From NCBI GenBank assembly GCA_051362555.1, contig CM120647.1:20436651-20500650 (forward strand): a stretch of DNA of 64,000 bases, read 5' to 3'. The translations under genes were made by a program, and so were the position numbers. Positions 26,201-39,303 of the stretch are shown here, one piece after another. This stretch comes from Lingula anatina (Eukaryota; Animalia; Brachiopoda). The notes under the pieces are model-generated. The model worked only from the letters and a program-made list of their open reading frames with translations. It was not told the DNA's origin and did not search any database. Every line of letters starts with the position of its first letter. Position 1 is the first letter of the stretch.

Positions 26201-28608
26201 TTTCAGCAAATGTATATTGGAATATGGGAGTGTTTCGATGTGCCAGTGTAGTATAAAGTCACTACTTTCTGCCTGTAGTGTTTGTTTAAGGTGCAATCTT
26301 TTTATTGTGGTGAAAAATCCTGAAATCGAACATGGCTGCCACAGAACATGTCTTTTACTAGCTGTCCTGTCTGAAAAATATGGCAGATTTATCATCCCAA
26401 ATTAAATTCTTCATCTCTTATGGTGTATTGAATATGAAAACAGAACCATTTTAAATTACTTGGGTTAATTTGGAATGCGGAATGGTTTTCAAAATTCAAA
26501 ATGGTCGCCAATAACCATGAATTTACATCTTTTCAATCAGTAGACTAAAATATGACAGCAATATTCCTCATTTTATCTAAAGTTTGGATGAATATTTATG
26601 TTTTAATAGTGCTCATCACTACTAGATGTGTGGCCATGTAAAATTATTTTAAAAAAGAAAGATGGTCAACAATAACTGAATACTAGATAAAAGTCACATA
26701 ATTCCCCAAAATAAATTCAAGTCACTCACATTTGAGCTAAGAAATCACACAAAGTATTAAGTACATGCTAATTACTCAAATCTGACATGGAAAATAATAC
26801 TTTTGAGTTTATATACCAATGTATTCATGGACAAGTTGAATGTCAGAAAATAGTCTGATTTTGAGTGAGAGACAACTAGTTTGCAAATATTGATGGTGAT
26901 TTTGCATTTCTATACAATAATATTTTAAGTAAAGTATTACAAAAAATTAAATAACATATTCAATTGAAGTTAGTGGATATATTGATTTTTTCAAAATATG
27001 GATATTAACTATGATTATTTTTTCAAATATTTTATTTAACTGAGGTCCAAGTCTTATTTTTTAAGTCCACAATACATTGAGTTCATATATTTGAAATACA
27101 TGGCAATTTAAAGGTCTTAGACATTATAATTTTAAAGCGCTAAATCTGTCACACAAACAAGCAGAGTATTTGAACTTAGGGACTAAGCTATCAGAAATCA
27201 TAGTACATTACATTTGGAACTGAGCTAGCTTGAGTTTATCAAAATTTATATTTTACATTTTGTATTTTGAAAGTCATAATACCATCTGGATTGACACAAA
27301 TTATTGAAAAGCTAAGGGCCAAGGTTCATATTCAGTACACCAAAAAGTAATAAAAAATGTAATCGGGTATAATTAATGTGGCATCTTTCCAGCTGGGACA
27401 GCCGTATGTAAAAGACATGTTTTGTGGCAGCCATTTTGGATTTCAGGATTTTACGTCAAAAATAAAAGTTACATCTTCAGCAACCACTTTAGGCAGAGGG
27501 CATGGCCATTTTGCCATTATGGAACATCAAAACACATGCCGCATTGCAATTTCTTAATGATAAAATAAAAAAAATCTCATATCAAAAAAATTCCCAAATA
27601 ATTCAAATATGCAAGTTGGTGGCCATCTTGAATTTGCTGCCATCTTGGAACATTTTGATGATTGTGAAGTAAACCACTCTTCTTAATTTACACATTAGGT
27701 ATAATTTTAAGTTCCAGGAATTTAAATGCATTTGAAATATTTAATTTTTTGTCACATATTGATTTTCAACCCAGTCATTACCATGGCAACAGCTCTGATA
27801 CTTACACCCACCACCAGTTTAATGGCAAACAAGCAGACAATAAAAGCTAAGGGCCTTGTCTACCAGAAAATCATAGTAAACAAAAATCACTTATGGGACT
27901 AAGTTGGAGATAATTAAAATGAATAGTATGTTGGAAGAATATATTTTATCAATTTCAGCAAATGTATATTAGCATGTTGGCGGCAATTTTAAAAGTCCTA
28001 ATTTAATCAGAATTAATGCAAATTATTTTTAAAAATCCTTAGTTCAAATGCAGTTTATTAAAAGTAATAAAGAAAGAAACTTTGATGATAAATCTGGCAT
28101 CTTTCAAGTTGGGACAGCAGAATTTAAAAGACTTGTATTTTGGCCTTCATCTTGGATTTCAGGATTTTACATCAAATTACAAGATTAAAAGTTTGCATCT
28201 TAAACAAACACTGTAGGTATAAAGAAGAGACTGTGTGATGTTTTGGTGCACCAAAAAATATTATTTAAGAATAATTAAAGAAAATCTCAAGAAGTAAAAA
28301 ATAATTAAAATTACTCAAAAATTGGCCGCCATCTTAAATTTCATATTTGTCTATATCCTTTTCATAACAACTTGATTCCAGGTGGCAATTGGGTGGTTGG
28401 ACACACCCATCACGAGGCAACGCCTTATGCACATCCTAGGTATCCATCATTTGTCGGATTCGTCGGCGGCGTCAACGTCTGGGACCGCGATAACGTCGAC
28501 ATCCCCGGCCTGGCAATATGTGCCAATACTAACGAGGGGAGTCTCATATCCTGGGATACTGTCACCAAGACTAACTTCAAGGTCGCAACATATAAGGAGT
28601 ATTGTTAA
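23278..28608 (+). CDS. Secreted short pentraxin-like protein, copy 6 (exons 23278-23350, 24045-24434, 28382-28608; 229 aa)
   Basis: Leader MFGHFLLVALTLTCIGCGSGRPWP G|gtattt; exon 2 after ttttag with gtaaga donor; exon 3 GNWVVGHTHHEATPYAHPRYPSF...KEYC*; intron 2 enlarged to about 3.9 kb. Confidence 0.88.
24480..28345. repeat. Complex insertion in copy 6 intron 2 with inverted and direct repeats
   Basis: About 25700-25950 inverted versus about 27600-27850; about 140-bp direct repeat 26080-26218 / 27832-27970; recurrent aaatggc(c/g)gcc-type motifs; boundaries approximate. Confidence 0.6.
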
Positions 28609-29052
28609 AATGTTACCACTACTATTAGATTACTGTAATGTGAGTTTGGGCAATATGGATCGACATTAAAGCATTAACACTTCTTCCTTTTCCTTTGAAA
28701 TTGGCCTTTGAGATTGAAATGAACTACATTTTATAGAATCGACCTACCAAGTTAATAAATAATTGCCGAAAACGACAATATGTTTTCGACTGTGCATGGG
28801 ACCCTTTGTTGATTTTTAACTACTATATTTTTACAGAAAATATCTGGGCTGTTTCTAAATTATACGCGAGCTATTCACACCTGCAGTTGATTTCCATATG
28901 ACCTGATTTCAAACATGAATATCATGGAAGGGCTAAGAAAGAAACATAATGAGAGTGTATGTGAAGTTAAAATGTATATCTCTCAGTCACCTGTTCTGTT
29001 CCTTTGAATTAACTTCTATGACTGACTTGCAACTCGCCAAGTCACATATTAA

Positions 29053-30194
29053 AGGACAATGTTCATGTAAAAATCCATTTCTCGAATTTTGAAGATTCAG
29101 CACTCAATCTATACACTAGAGGTATGTTTTAATCGATCCCCGCCATTTAAAAATTATAAAAACAATCTATTAATAGTAAAAAAGCGTTTTAGTAAACCTC
29201 ACCTCAATATGCATAAATGAAGCAACAGATCTGGGTCACGTGGTACTGTGACGACAATTGGGATAAAGGTCTATGAGACTCAACTGAGCTGCATGTGCAA
29301 ACAGACAGAATGGTTTTGGAAAGTTGTGTTGAACGGAGTTGAGCAATTTTCTTTATGCCTCAGTGTGTTGCCGTGGGATTCACCAAAATTGCAGCACTCC
29401 TTGACTATCTTTCTTTATCTGTGACGGTCTTCCGTGACTAACTTGCTAACTTTGGTGACAATAGTTGCGATCCTCGCGATCTCGGTCACCTCAGGTGTTT
29501 TAGATCATATCAAAAGCTGATAGTCTTTTAGATACAAGCTTACTAATTGCTGATGCATTTTTAAATTCATTGTAGTTGACCAAGAGCTCGTTAACAATAA
29601 AACCTGTTAATTATGCACCGCTGCAATTCCCAAGCCAGGTAATAACAGGTATGAAACTCGTCTTGGTGGGCTTTCATATTTTTCAATATATCTCATTTAT
29701 TTCATGGGGTTATTTTATTGGTATTTGTAAATGACATTAAATAGCAATACTTAAACAATTAAGAGAGAACAGTTTCATTAGCTCTGTATGTATATATTCA
29801 AATTCTTGTTTTTCTTTTTATCAAGAGCTTGTAAAATATGTGGGTATTACCTCAAATATTGGAGGTAATACCCACATATTTTACAAGCTCTTGATAAAAA
29901 GAAAAACAAGAATTTGAATTAAATAATTAAGTTCTAACACGGTCGCGAACATTAATAAAAGAAATTGCTCTCAGGGTATCTTGAAGCTTCCGTGGAAGAA
30001 AACGTGTTGAGGAAAAACAGGAAAAAGAGCGTTATATTAAAGAAAAAATGGGAACTGCTGTAATAAAATGGTACGTTATCCTAATTCGTTTATGCATTGA
30101 GGATTTGTTTCTGAAGATTATTTCATCTGAAATATTAAATAATTTAAAAGATTGATCATTTAATAACTTGAAACGCAAATTCTGCGTCAGTACG

Positions 30195-30241
<47 letters not shown>

Positions 30242-31697
30242 AAATTTGTAAGCTTATAACACCGTGCTATAAAGATCTACTCAAGAAAAAAATTTGCTTG
30301 GGTAAAATTGAGTACGGAATGAACTGGAGACACTTGGCTTGTCATTAAGTTTACACGAAAATATGTCAGGTAACTTTATACTGTCTTTGAAAGAGTAAAG
30401 ATTGAAAGATAATTTTAGACAAACTTTGACGGAGGAAATACCTACAAAGAGTAATGGGCTATTTCGCCAACATCTTGTTGAACATTTAACACTGCAATTC
30501 TATTTAAATAAGCTAAGGAAGTAATTGCCAAATTTATACTCTCATCACATAACAGGGGGGTAACTAGACCTGCAAAAATTGTACGCACATATTTTAAAAA
30601 ATTACAAGCACATACAGCAAAATGTAGACTTACGCAAAACATGAAGGACAGCGTAATCACAGCAAATGTACCTCATATAGTAGCTTAATTTACATTAATA
30701 ATAAAATCATCATTTAAGTCAAAAATATTCTCGCGATTTAATAACTATTCTAATTTACCCAGAACGGTATATTTATTTTAAAGGCGGTTAACTGAAATAT
30801 AGTTTTATGATTTGTGTGTGAAAATTGCCCATGTCACCCTGTTAGTTCGGAGGTCTAAGCTGGATCAAGTCCGTGTTAAAATTCCTATGAAGTTGTGCAG
30901 GAAAATTTCTTCCTTTCTTTCTCTAGCTCCTCGATAAACCTGGTGTTCAGATTTTATCTAGTACCCCCAGGCCTACGGGAGCTGCTCTTTGTAACTAACG
31001 CACAGGTAGATTTTTACCTGAGATAACTGGAGTAAAGCTTAGATAGAGAGTGCGTTCGATACAAGCAAGACAAATTGAATGCCATTTAACCCTCTAATTA
31101 AGAGGTAAAGGAAGTTCCAGTTAGATGGATGATTAAGATAGGACTTGTAAAAGTAACGGGCATTGTTTACCTCAGTTTAATAAAAGTATGCAAGACGGAG
31201 TGTCAGCGGTTTAATAAAATAAATTGAATTTCACAAATAACATGGACCTCATATGCAATAATCAACATTTCCCTTAACTCATTCAAATGCAGTGTTTTAT
31301 ACAACTTGGGATAACCATGATTAAATGCTTGTTAAAGAATTGACTAGACGGGAAATGGTTTTACACAGCTTCACGAGGATTTAGACCCCTCGGGTAAGAG
31401 ATTTGAATGAGTATAAACTTTTATCAGAAGCCAGAGAAGTCATCTTACAGGTAGACAATGCAGCTCAGTTTAACAGCTAAGCACGCTCTGTTCTCCAGTG
31501 GCTCGATTGTCGTCATCAGACCACGTGACCACGTAGCTCATTAACTCTCAGGCCGAGCAAATAGGACGTTTTTTAAAGCCAAAAATTTACAAAATGAGCT
31601 TTTAATTTGTGTATTTGGATAAAGATATCGTTAGTTGGGCATGTTTTCTGAAGAATATGTTCCGTTCAGGCCATTCTGACAGTATGAAACAAATCCT
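29053..31697. mobile_element. TTAA-flanked non-autonomous DNA element (Kolobok-like)
   Basis: TTAA at 29049-29052 and 31698-31701; termini agga...tcct; inverted subterminal motifs ggtcacgtggt..tgacgacaat..aactgagctgcat (about 29235-29295 vs 31458-31530); MPQCVAVG THAP-like start at 29355; absent from paralogous flanks. Confidence 0.7.
29796..29919. repeat. 124-bp near-perfect palindrome
   Basis: 58-bp perfect arms around a-aatatt-g. Confidence 0.92.
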
Positions 31698-33210
31698 TTA
31701 ATCAATTACAACTTAAATATTTCCATCAACTGCAATGTAAAGAAATTTTAAAAGCTGACATGCAACCAGCTTCAAATACATATACAAAGATCTCAATATG
31801 TTAAAGGTTAATGCCAGATAAATTCTAAATTATTAAGTATTTTCCGCCAGTTTAATTATATCAGAATATATCCTTAGATCATAAGACACAATGAGTATTA
31901 AATAAGGGTTAACTACATATGTTGCAGTGAAAACTCTGCTGTGTCTTTGAAGATGAGCCCGTCTGTTTCAAATATCATTTGCCCTATTGTATTGTATTAT
32001 ATTTCCCCTTATTTCCCAATTTCTGATGTTGTGCCTAAAAATGCGGCATGTTTTTTTCACCTCGGTTTTTAGTCAACTGTCCAATTGTTATCATAACGAA
32101 AAAGCAGCCTTTAGATCTATTTGAATATCTTTCCTAATGTATTTTTCCTTTCTCATTATTAAAAAATTGTTATTTTTGTTGTTGATTTAAAGTTTTGAAA
32201 TTGTAAAAAATTAAAAAATGTTCCGTGTTTTAAGAAAATGGTAGGGTTTAAGTAACTGAAAGCATGGGGTGATGAATAATATAACGAAAAGGAAAATTTT
32301 GCCTTTATCACTGCACGTATATGTAGATAAGTAATTGACATACGTGGAACGAAAAAAAGCCATTTTGGCCAATTTCAGCCTTTTAAATTCATCTATCTTC
32401 CTTAAAAAGAGTGATCATATTTAACATATACCCTGTAACTGACGATTAGCTATTTTTAGTAGTGTCTTGAGCGTAATGTACTATCGGTGTTGATTGTGTT
32501 TTGTTTTTCCAGGCACAGGAATTTGCACGTGACATGTTAAACTTTCTTAGACAAGTCGTCAGATTCTCGCAACGAGTTTCACGTTGATGTAAGCTGATGA
32601 AAGTTGATGTAAGTTGATGTAAGACGATACACTGTACCATTTGTTACCAGTTGATGTTACTTTATGTTATATATCGTTGAGAGTTCAATAAATTCGATTG
32701 ACACCCGCAACATACCCTTCACGGCTTTCAGCGTTGCATACCATTGTAAACAGTTGCAGTGACTCAGATATATTTTGTTAAGTATCTTAACATAAAAAAG
32801 TAGAGCGACGCCCACACAGAAAAAACAATGAGCTTTATATCCCATGCCTCGTTTTAAAACAGACAAATTAAACCTAATGTAAATAAATTAAATTCGCCTC
32901 GGATCATCAGAGAAACAAGCATTTGTTAACATATAAGCTGTAATGGCCAGGGCCGGATCCAGGATTATTTGAAGGGAGCCCCCCCCCCCCCCCCCCCCCC
33001 CCCAGCCCGCCCGCCGTTACGTTGGAAAATTTGGGTATTTTAGAGGGCGAACGGTGCCATATGGTATGGTTTAGAACTATAGGCTACCCAGCTAGTCAAA
33101 TTCTAAGTTAAAGAGGGGACCATTGGTGTATTTTTTCAGAAATCGAAAGGGAGGGGGTTCAGGACCCCCATGTTCCCCCACCTCTTAATCCGCCAATGAT
33201 GGCCACTATC

Positions 33211-33274
33211 ATGTTTGGACATCCACTGCTTGCAGCGTTGAATTCTTGTATTGACAGTGGAGTCTTATGTCCAG
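33211..33274 (+). pseudogene. Orphan type-A leader exon, probably defective
   Basis: MFGHPLLAALNSCIDSGVLCP G|gcaaat: 6 nt shorter in the hydrophobic core, GC instead of GT donor, insertion immediately upstream. Confidence 0.7.
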
Positions 33275-34355
33275 GCAAATACGTGAATGTTTAAGCTGCT
33301 TTCCCATTAGGGTTCATCATTTGGCGGGGGTTCAACTCCCAAGACGAGGCACTTTAGGTTCATTGAAAAGCCTGACATTTTTTCACACGAGTACATTTAA
33401 ATATTATGTGAACCGATTAACTGCGTTCACACCTTGGTTTTCTTCAACCCAAATATGCCCATGAAATATAACACAGGTGGTGAGCTTACTTATTACACGA
33501 TTCACCCGTTTTCCATGTGCATCGAAATGCTTGTTTGTAAACGACGCATTATAAAATAAAAGGATGCTTCTTTGCAAATAATGCATTATAAAACATTTTA
33601 CATGGAATTAAATCTCATATCATTAGAGAAAAGATATTTATTTAGAACTATAGACTGCAGTATGTAAGTCTTCTCTACATGTTTATCTTGAAAGATATTT
33701 ATTGGTGTTGCAACATGGAACGTCTGTTCTTGGAGCGATTGTGTATTGGTAGTTGATTTTGTTTGCAAGCAATTAAATGATATAAACTTCCCCAACAAGA
33801 TGACGATTTAAACCCGCATGCATTTGCTTTATTGGATAAAGCGTTTAACATCTTGCTGGTATTGTAGAAATATATGAGGGAGAGAGATATATTTTGTATT
33901 TTTAGACATTGTTCTTAGATATCATAATACAAAATGCTCAAAAAAGCACGAGGAGTGTCGCAGACTGTTACCATTATTTTGGTTCCTGTTGTTTGTGTGT
34001 ATGGACCTGACCGTGGTTTGTAATGGTATGTAGAAAAGGATCACAGCAACGTATGTTAGTACGCCAAAACACCCTTCAAATGACTTAAATGCTGCTATTA
34101 GAAGTGTATAATGTCTCTTATATGCAAAAAAAAACTTGTTGCATTAGCTTTTCAGTTTAAATGTTTTATTCAACATGCAGACAAACTACAAAAAGACGTG
34201 AGTATAATAAAGACAATGTGATTTAGACTCGTTTCTCGTTTTGAAACGACAAACCTGCATAGATTAGCCACGTATCTTGTCATCCGAGAAGCAAGCATAT
34301 GTTTAGAGTCATTCTGCAGTAGGTCCCATACCATCCCATTTTCATGAGAGCCGCC

Positions 34356-34431
34356 ATGTGTGGACATTTCCTGCTTGTAGCGTTGGCTTTGTCTTATTGT
34401 ATTAGCAGCGAAGCAATACTCCCAGTGCCAG
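34356..34431 (+). CDS. Additional intact type-B leader exon upstream of copy 7
   Basis: gccgccATG MCGHFLLVALALSYCISSEAILPVP G|gtattt, 76 nt, phase 1. Confidence 0.7.
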
Positions 34432-35155
34432 GTATTTAGCTTGAGCTACATAATATATTTATTTATTACATAAATACAGAATAAATATACAGAATATATA
34501 TATAGTCAATTTGCTTACTTATGTCATTTATAACATTTAAACACCATATGCTTTCATAACTAAGACAATCTTAGACTTTGCCTGCGGTTATTATTTTAAC
34601 TACTTATGTGTATTGCACTGTTTACGAAACTCACTATGATGTCATTCTCTAATATTTACCTATCTGTTGCTAGAAATATGGTAAGACAATTTCAGATACT
34701 CGACTCCTGATGCTAATTAAAATGATTTGTGTGTTTGTGTGCATGGGTGGGTATTTTATAACTTTCGTATTGATGAAAGGTTGACTTGTTAAAGGCACTT
34801 ATGGTCGTGCTTCGTAGTTAATTCTACTTAAAAAAGAAGATCCCAATAACGATATGTAAGTACGCCAAAAATGTCCCCAAGTGACTTAAATGCTGCTATT
34901 AGAGGTGTATAATGTGTTAAATGTGCTCTTAAAACGCATTGCATTAGTATTAAAGTTTAAATATATCATGTAACATGCAAGCAGGCAAACTACAAAAAGA
35001 CGTGAGCATAATAAGGACAATGTATTTTAGACCCATGTCTCGTTTTGAAAGTGCACGCCCACATAGATTAACCTCGGATACCCCTAGAAGCAAGCATATG
35101 TTTACAGTCAGTCTGCAGTAGGCCCTATACCATCATTTCTTTCGCGAGAGCCACC

Positions 35156-38100
35156 ATGTTTGGGCATTTCCTGCTTCCGGCTTTGGCTTTGTCTCATTGT
35201 ATTGGGAGCAAATCAGCAAAACCAGTGCCAAGTATTTAGATTGAGCTACATAACATCTTTATATATAATACAGGGTTACTACTTAATATGGAATATTTTT
35301 CATCATTGTTATTTTTTGAGTGCTGATAAAAGTTTTTTTTTGGCTTGATTCATCAAAAAAGTATGTCATTGAGTTATAAAAACATCCACTATTGTGAGAT
35401 ATTTTGGTCAATAATTTAAAATGTGACATAAGATGTCATTCAAAAGAAAAGAACACCCCTAGAAAACCATATCAACAGTTTGATGTCAGTATTAATTTTA
35501 AGCTATTAAAGAAAATGATAGCCTCCGGACAGTGATATGTTACACAGTTAAAGAACTCATTAAAGTAAATCATGAAAAGTCATCAATAGCAGGTATGACC
35601 TCCAGCAGCCGCTCCAGCAGTCGCAGCGCCCTCATCCTACATGGCATACCCTGTGACAAGTTTTTTAGAGTTTGGATATCATTCCACGCAGTGATATTTG
35701 CCTGTCGCAGTTCATCAATATTTACCAGCCGATGACCATAGCTATTAATTCTGTGAGTTACTTCCGCCCACAGATTTTCAATTGGGTTCATATCTGGGGA
35801 GTTTGCAGGCCAGGGCAGTTGCTGAACCCATTGGTTTCGAAGAAAAACAGTGATTCTGCGAGCTCGATGTGGGGTTGCGCAGTCGTCATGGAACACAAAG
35901 TTGTTCCTGAAGATGACTCTTACAAATCGAAGCATTGTTTGCTGTAGAATGTCTCTGTAGGAACCCTAGTTGAGGTTGCCTCCTAGAAAAACCAACTGGT
36001 TCTAGGCACCGACATGATATGCTCCCCAAACAGAGACGTTACCACCCCCTGCTTGCACCTTAGACAGTACACACTCATCGTTTTATGCCTCTCGTACACG
36101 TCGGCGGACACGGATTCGACCGTCAACCCTAAAAACTCCCTATCTGGCCTCATCTCCGAAAAAAACGTGATGCCAGTGGTTTGGCTGCAAACGCACGTGG
36201 TCCCCAGCCCACTGCAGACGTCGCTGTATATGGCCTGCTGTTAACAGTGGTTTCAGTACTGGTCTTTGTGCAAAATAACCGGCTTGCAATAATCTCTTGT
36301 TCACGAGGGACCTTGTAACGGGCGTTTAAATGACATTCTGCCACTCTTTTCTAAGGACACTGGTTGTCGTTGTACGACCAGCACAGCGCACTCTAAGTAG
36401 AAGGCGATCCTGTCTTCTTGGTGTGATACGCGGACACCCTGGTCGAGGTATTGGAGTAGGTGCCCCTGTTGTAGCATTTCTTTGTAGGACTTTACTAACG
36501 GTTCCTGATAAATGTTGCATTGCCTGGCAATGGTTGTCCGTTTCTGGCCTTCTTCTCTGAGAGCAAGAATCCCATAGCAAGCTGCGTTGCTTAGCTTTCG
36601 AACCATATCTTCTCTAAGGTACCTGTCAAGTTTCAGAGATCCCTTTATTGCTTCTCTAAATACACTCCAAAGATTGGCCAAACCCATGAGTTTTTATACA
36701 AGGGCAGAAATTGCCGAAAAGACCACCCCTCACGTTTCTGACCACAGAACATGCAACTGCACGCATCAATTGTTTCGAGAGTTGTGTGGTAATTAGGTAA
36801 CACCCCTGGCTACACATGGAGTGACACCTCAGATTTGGATGTAAAGTAGTTAGAGAGAAAATAAATATTTTGTAGAAATTTACTAGCCAAAAAATAATAT
36901 TCCTTATTAAGTAGTTACCCTGTATGTTTAGTCAGATCTCCCTTTTCGCGTGAAGGGTCCTATTTTAAGCTCAAAATTCCTACCTGGGAATTTCAACACC
37001 GAACTGATCGAGCATTTTAAAAACCTTAGTTCACAATGTATTTCCCCCTACCTCTAGTTCCTGAGTTTTCTACAACTAACTGATCTATTATGTTGTATAC
37101 CTTTTTTTCTGAACTGTTTTATGCAAGAAGCATAGATTCATCAAATCATTTGTCAAAGTACATACAGGACAGATATACAGCCAAAACTTTTAAGTGAGTC
37201 AAAACAAAATAATTGTTTTGTTATCCCACGAAAGCAGTTGAACTTGAAATCAGATTTAAAATCTGCCTGGATTTCAATCTGGTCTGTGTCATATTCAACA
37301 TTCGGGGGTAGCTCCAAGTTTCATCAAAACAGAACACTTGCTCACAGTTCTCGTCTGGGGAGTGATTTGTTGCAGAAACTCAATGTTCTGAGGATAGAGC
37401 AACTGTGGCATGAATTGGAGTGTGCAACGCAGCGTTGAACCAACCTTCTAATAATCTGGACCAACTCTGCCACTCTGCCAAGCTCTGTCGGAAGAATGGG
37501 ACAATACCCCACAAAAACAGAACTGTTACCCTTGGTAAAAGCAAGCCGCCTACAGGAGATAATTGCAGTACACGGAAGACACGCACGCTATTAGACAAAA
37601 AAACCTTCAACAAGTAATTCCTAATGCTTTTTGTGTGTACATTTGGTGGTGTATTTTCAATTTAATCAACATTTATTTACTTCTTTGGAAATCACAGTGA
37701 AACATTTGATTTAAGGGGTACAGTGTTATAAATGTGAATAAAGGCTATTAAATAGGGATATCTTCACCTCTGTTAGTAATGATATCTGAAACAAAAACAC
37801 TCTTCATAATAATCTACACTTGATGTGATAATTTGTAAATAATATTGCTTTTGACAACCTTTTTGACCAATGTTGTAAAGCGTGCTATGCGTGGTACATG
37901 AGACACCTTAAAGAAAAAGCACTAAGAAGCGAATGGTCTGGTGTCATCAATTCAAAAGCGTGAATACAAATTTCATGTCTGTTATGTTTTCCATGTCAGT
38001 GTTTATTTGATATTTTTCATTTTGGAAAATGGTAAACTGTGTAAGAGATAAAGAAATTCTACGTTTAAGACGATTTTGCGATCTGAATGATGTCCATAGA

Positions 38101-39303
38101 ATTCACAGTAATATGCAAGTTTTGTTCCAATATGACATAAATTGTCTCAAAAATATACTAAGAAATTATTACCATTTGATCAGAATAAGCGTCTTTGTTC
38201 TGTTGATGACCTTTGTTTATGCCTGTATTCATATTTACTTTTACAAGGCGGTCGGGTTCTGCACTTTCCTGAACCAGATAACACCATCTCTTGGTCACAT
38301 CTACAGGCGAGTACCCCCGATCTGGATGCTTTTACAGCCTGCGCATGGATCAAAAGCACCCGCACCACAAGCGGCCCCATTCTATCCTACGGCTCAGAGA
38401 GTTGTCGCCAGTGTATTGAACTTGGATACAGCCCCGTTGGTCACGGCTACTCGGTTGTTTTGAAAGGCGATAATGTATTGGGTGGGTCCCCTCGTGCTGA
38501 AGCACCCCTACCGGCCGATGGGAACTGGCACCACTGGTGTGTGGTGTGGAGTGGTGCCAAGAGAGAGGTTAATATCTACAGGGATGGTCTCCACACGCTG
38601 AGTCAACTTGTTAAAGTTTCACGCATACCCGGAGGTAATAAGTAAATGGTGTATGGACAACACGGAAAGATAAATATTTGCTATAGTTATTTGGCTTCCG
38701 AGCATATCAATATGAACAACCAGAACAAAGTATGTAAACAGCTTCAATCCAGACAATTTACTGATTTCTACAGTAAAATGTACAAATGATTAAATGAGTT
38801 GCTATTGATATTCATGTTAAACAGGTTAATTCCGTTTCAAAATGTTTGTTATATCAAGTTATCTTATATAATCCATAAACTGGTGTTAATATGTGTAATT
38901 TCCCTTTCTCTAATTAAGGACGCATCTAGACGGGAGTTCTTAGCTCTAAAGAATTCAGAGTATAATCCTTTGTTAATATGTAACTTTAACAAAGCACTGT
39001 TGTTTTTATTATAAAAATATAAATAATTGGTCAAATAATTCAAATAAGCTTTATATTTATAATGACAAAATTCCAGGTGGCAATTGGGTGGTTGGACACA
39101 CCCATTACGAGGCAACGCCTTATGCATATCCTAGGCATCCTTCATTTGCCGGATTCGTCGGCGGCGTCAACGTCTGGGACAATGATAAAGTCGACATCCC
39201 CGGCCTAGCAATTTGTGGAAATACTAACGAGGGAAGTCTCATATCCTGGAATACTGTCACCAAGAATAACTTCAAGGTTGCGACATATAAAGAGAGCTGT
39301 TAA
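35156..39303 (+). CDS. Secreted short pentraxin-like protein, copy 7 (exons 35156-35231 or alternatively 34356-34431; 38248-38634; 39077-39303; 229 aa)
   Basis: gccaccATG leader MFGHFLLPALALSHCIGSKSAKPVP A|gtattt; exon 2 lies in ORF 38142-38645; exon 3 GHTHYEATPYAYPRHPSFAGF...KESC*. Which leader is used is uncertain. Confidence 0.82.
35271..36922 (-). mobile_element. Tc1/mariner DNA transposon, full length with decayed transposase
   Basis: TA-flanked imperfect TIRs (cagggttactacttaatatggaatatt / aatattccttattaagtagttaccctg); fragments RPGCPRITPRRQDR and FHDDCATPHRA...WPANSPDMNPIENLW in shifted frames, about 35570-36600. Confidence 0.92.
37380..37560 (+). mobile_element. Old Tc1-like C-terminal remnant (paralogous copy about 8790-8990)
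   Basis: IEQLWHELE...PSNNLDQL...EEWDN-like peptides across frameshifts; shared by intron 1 of copies 2 and 7. Confidence 0.45.
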
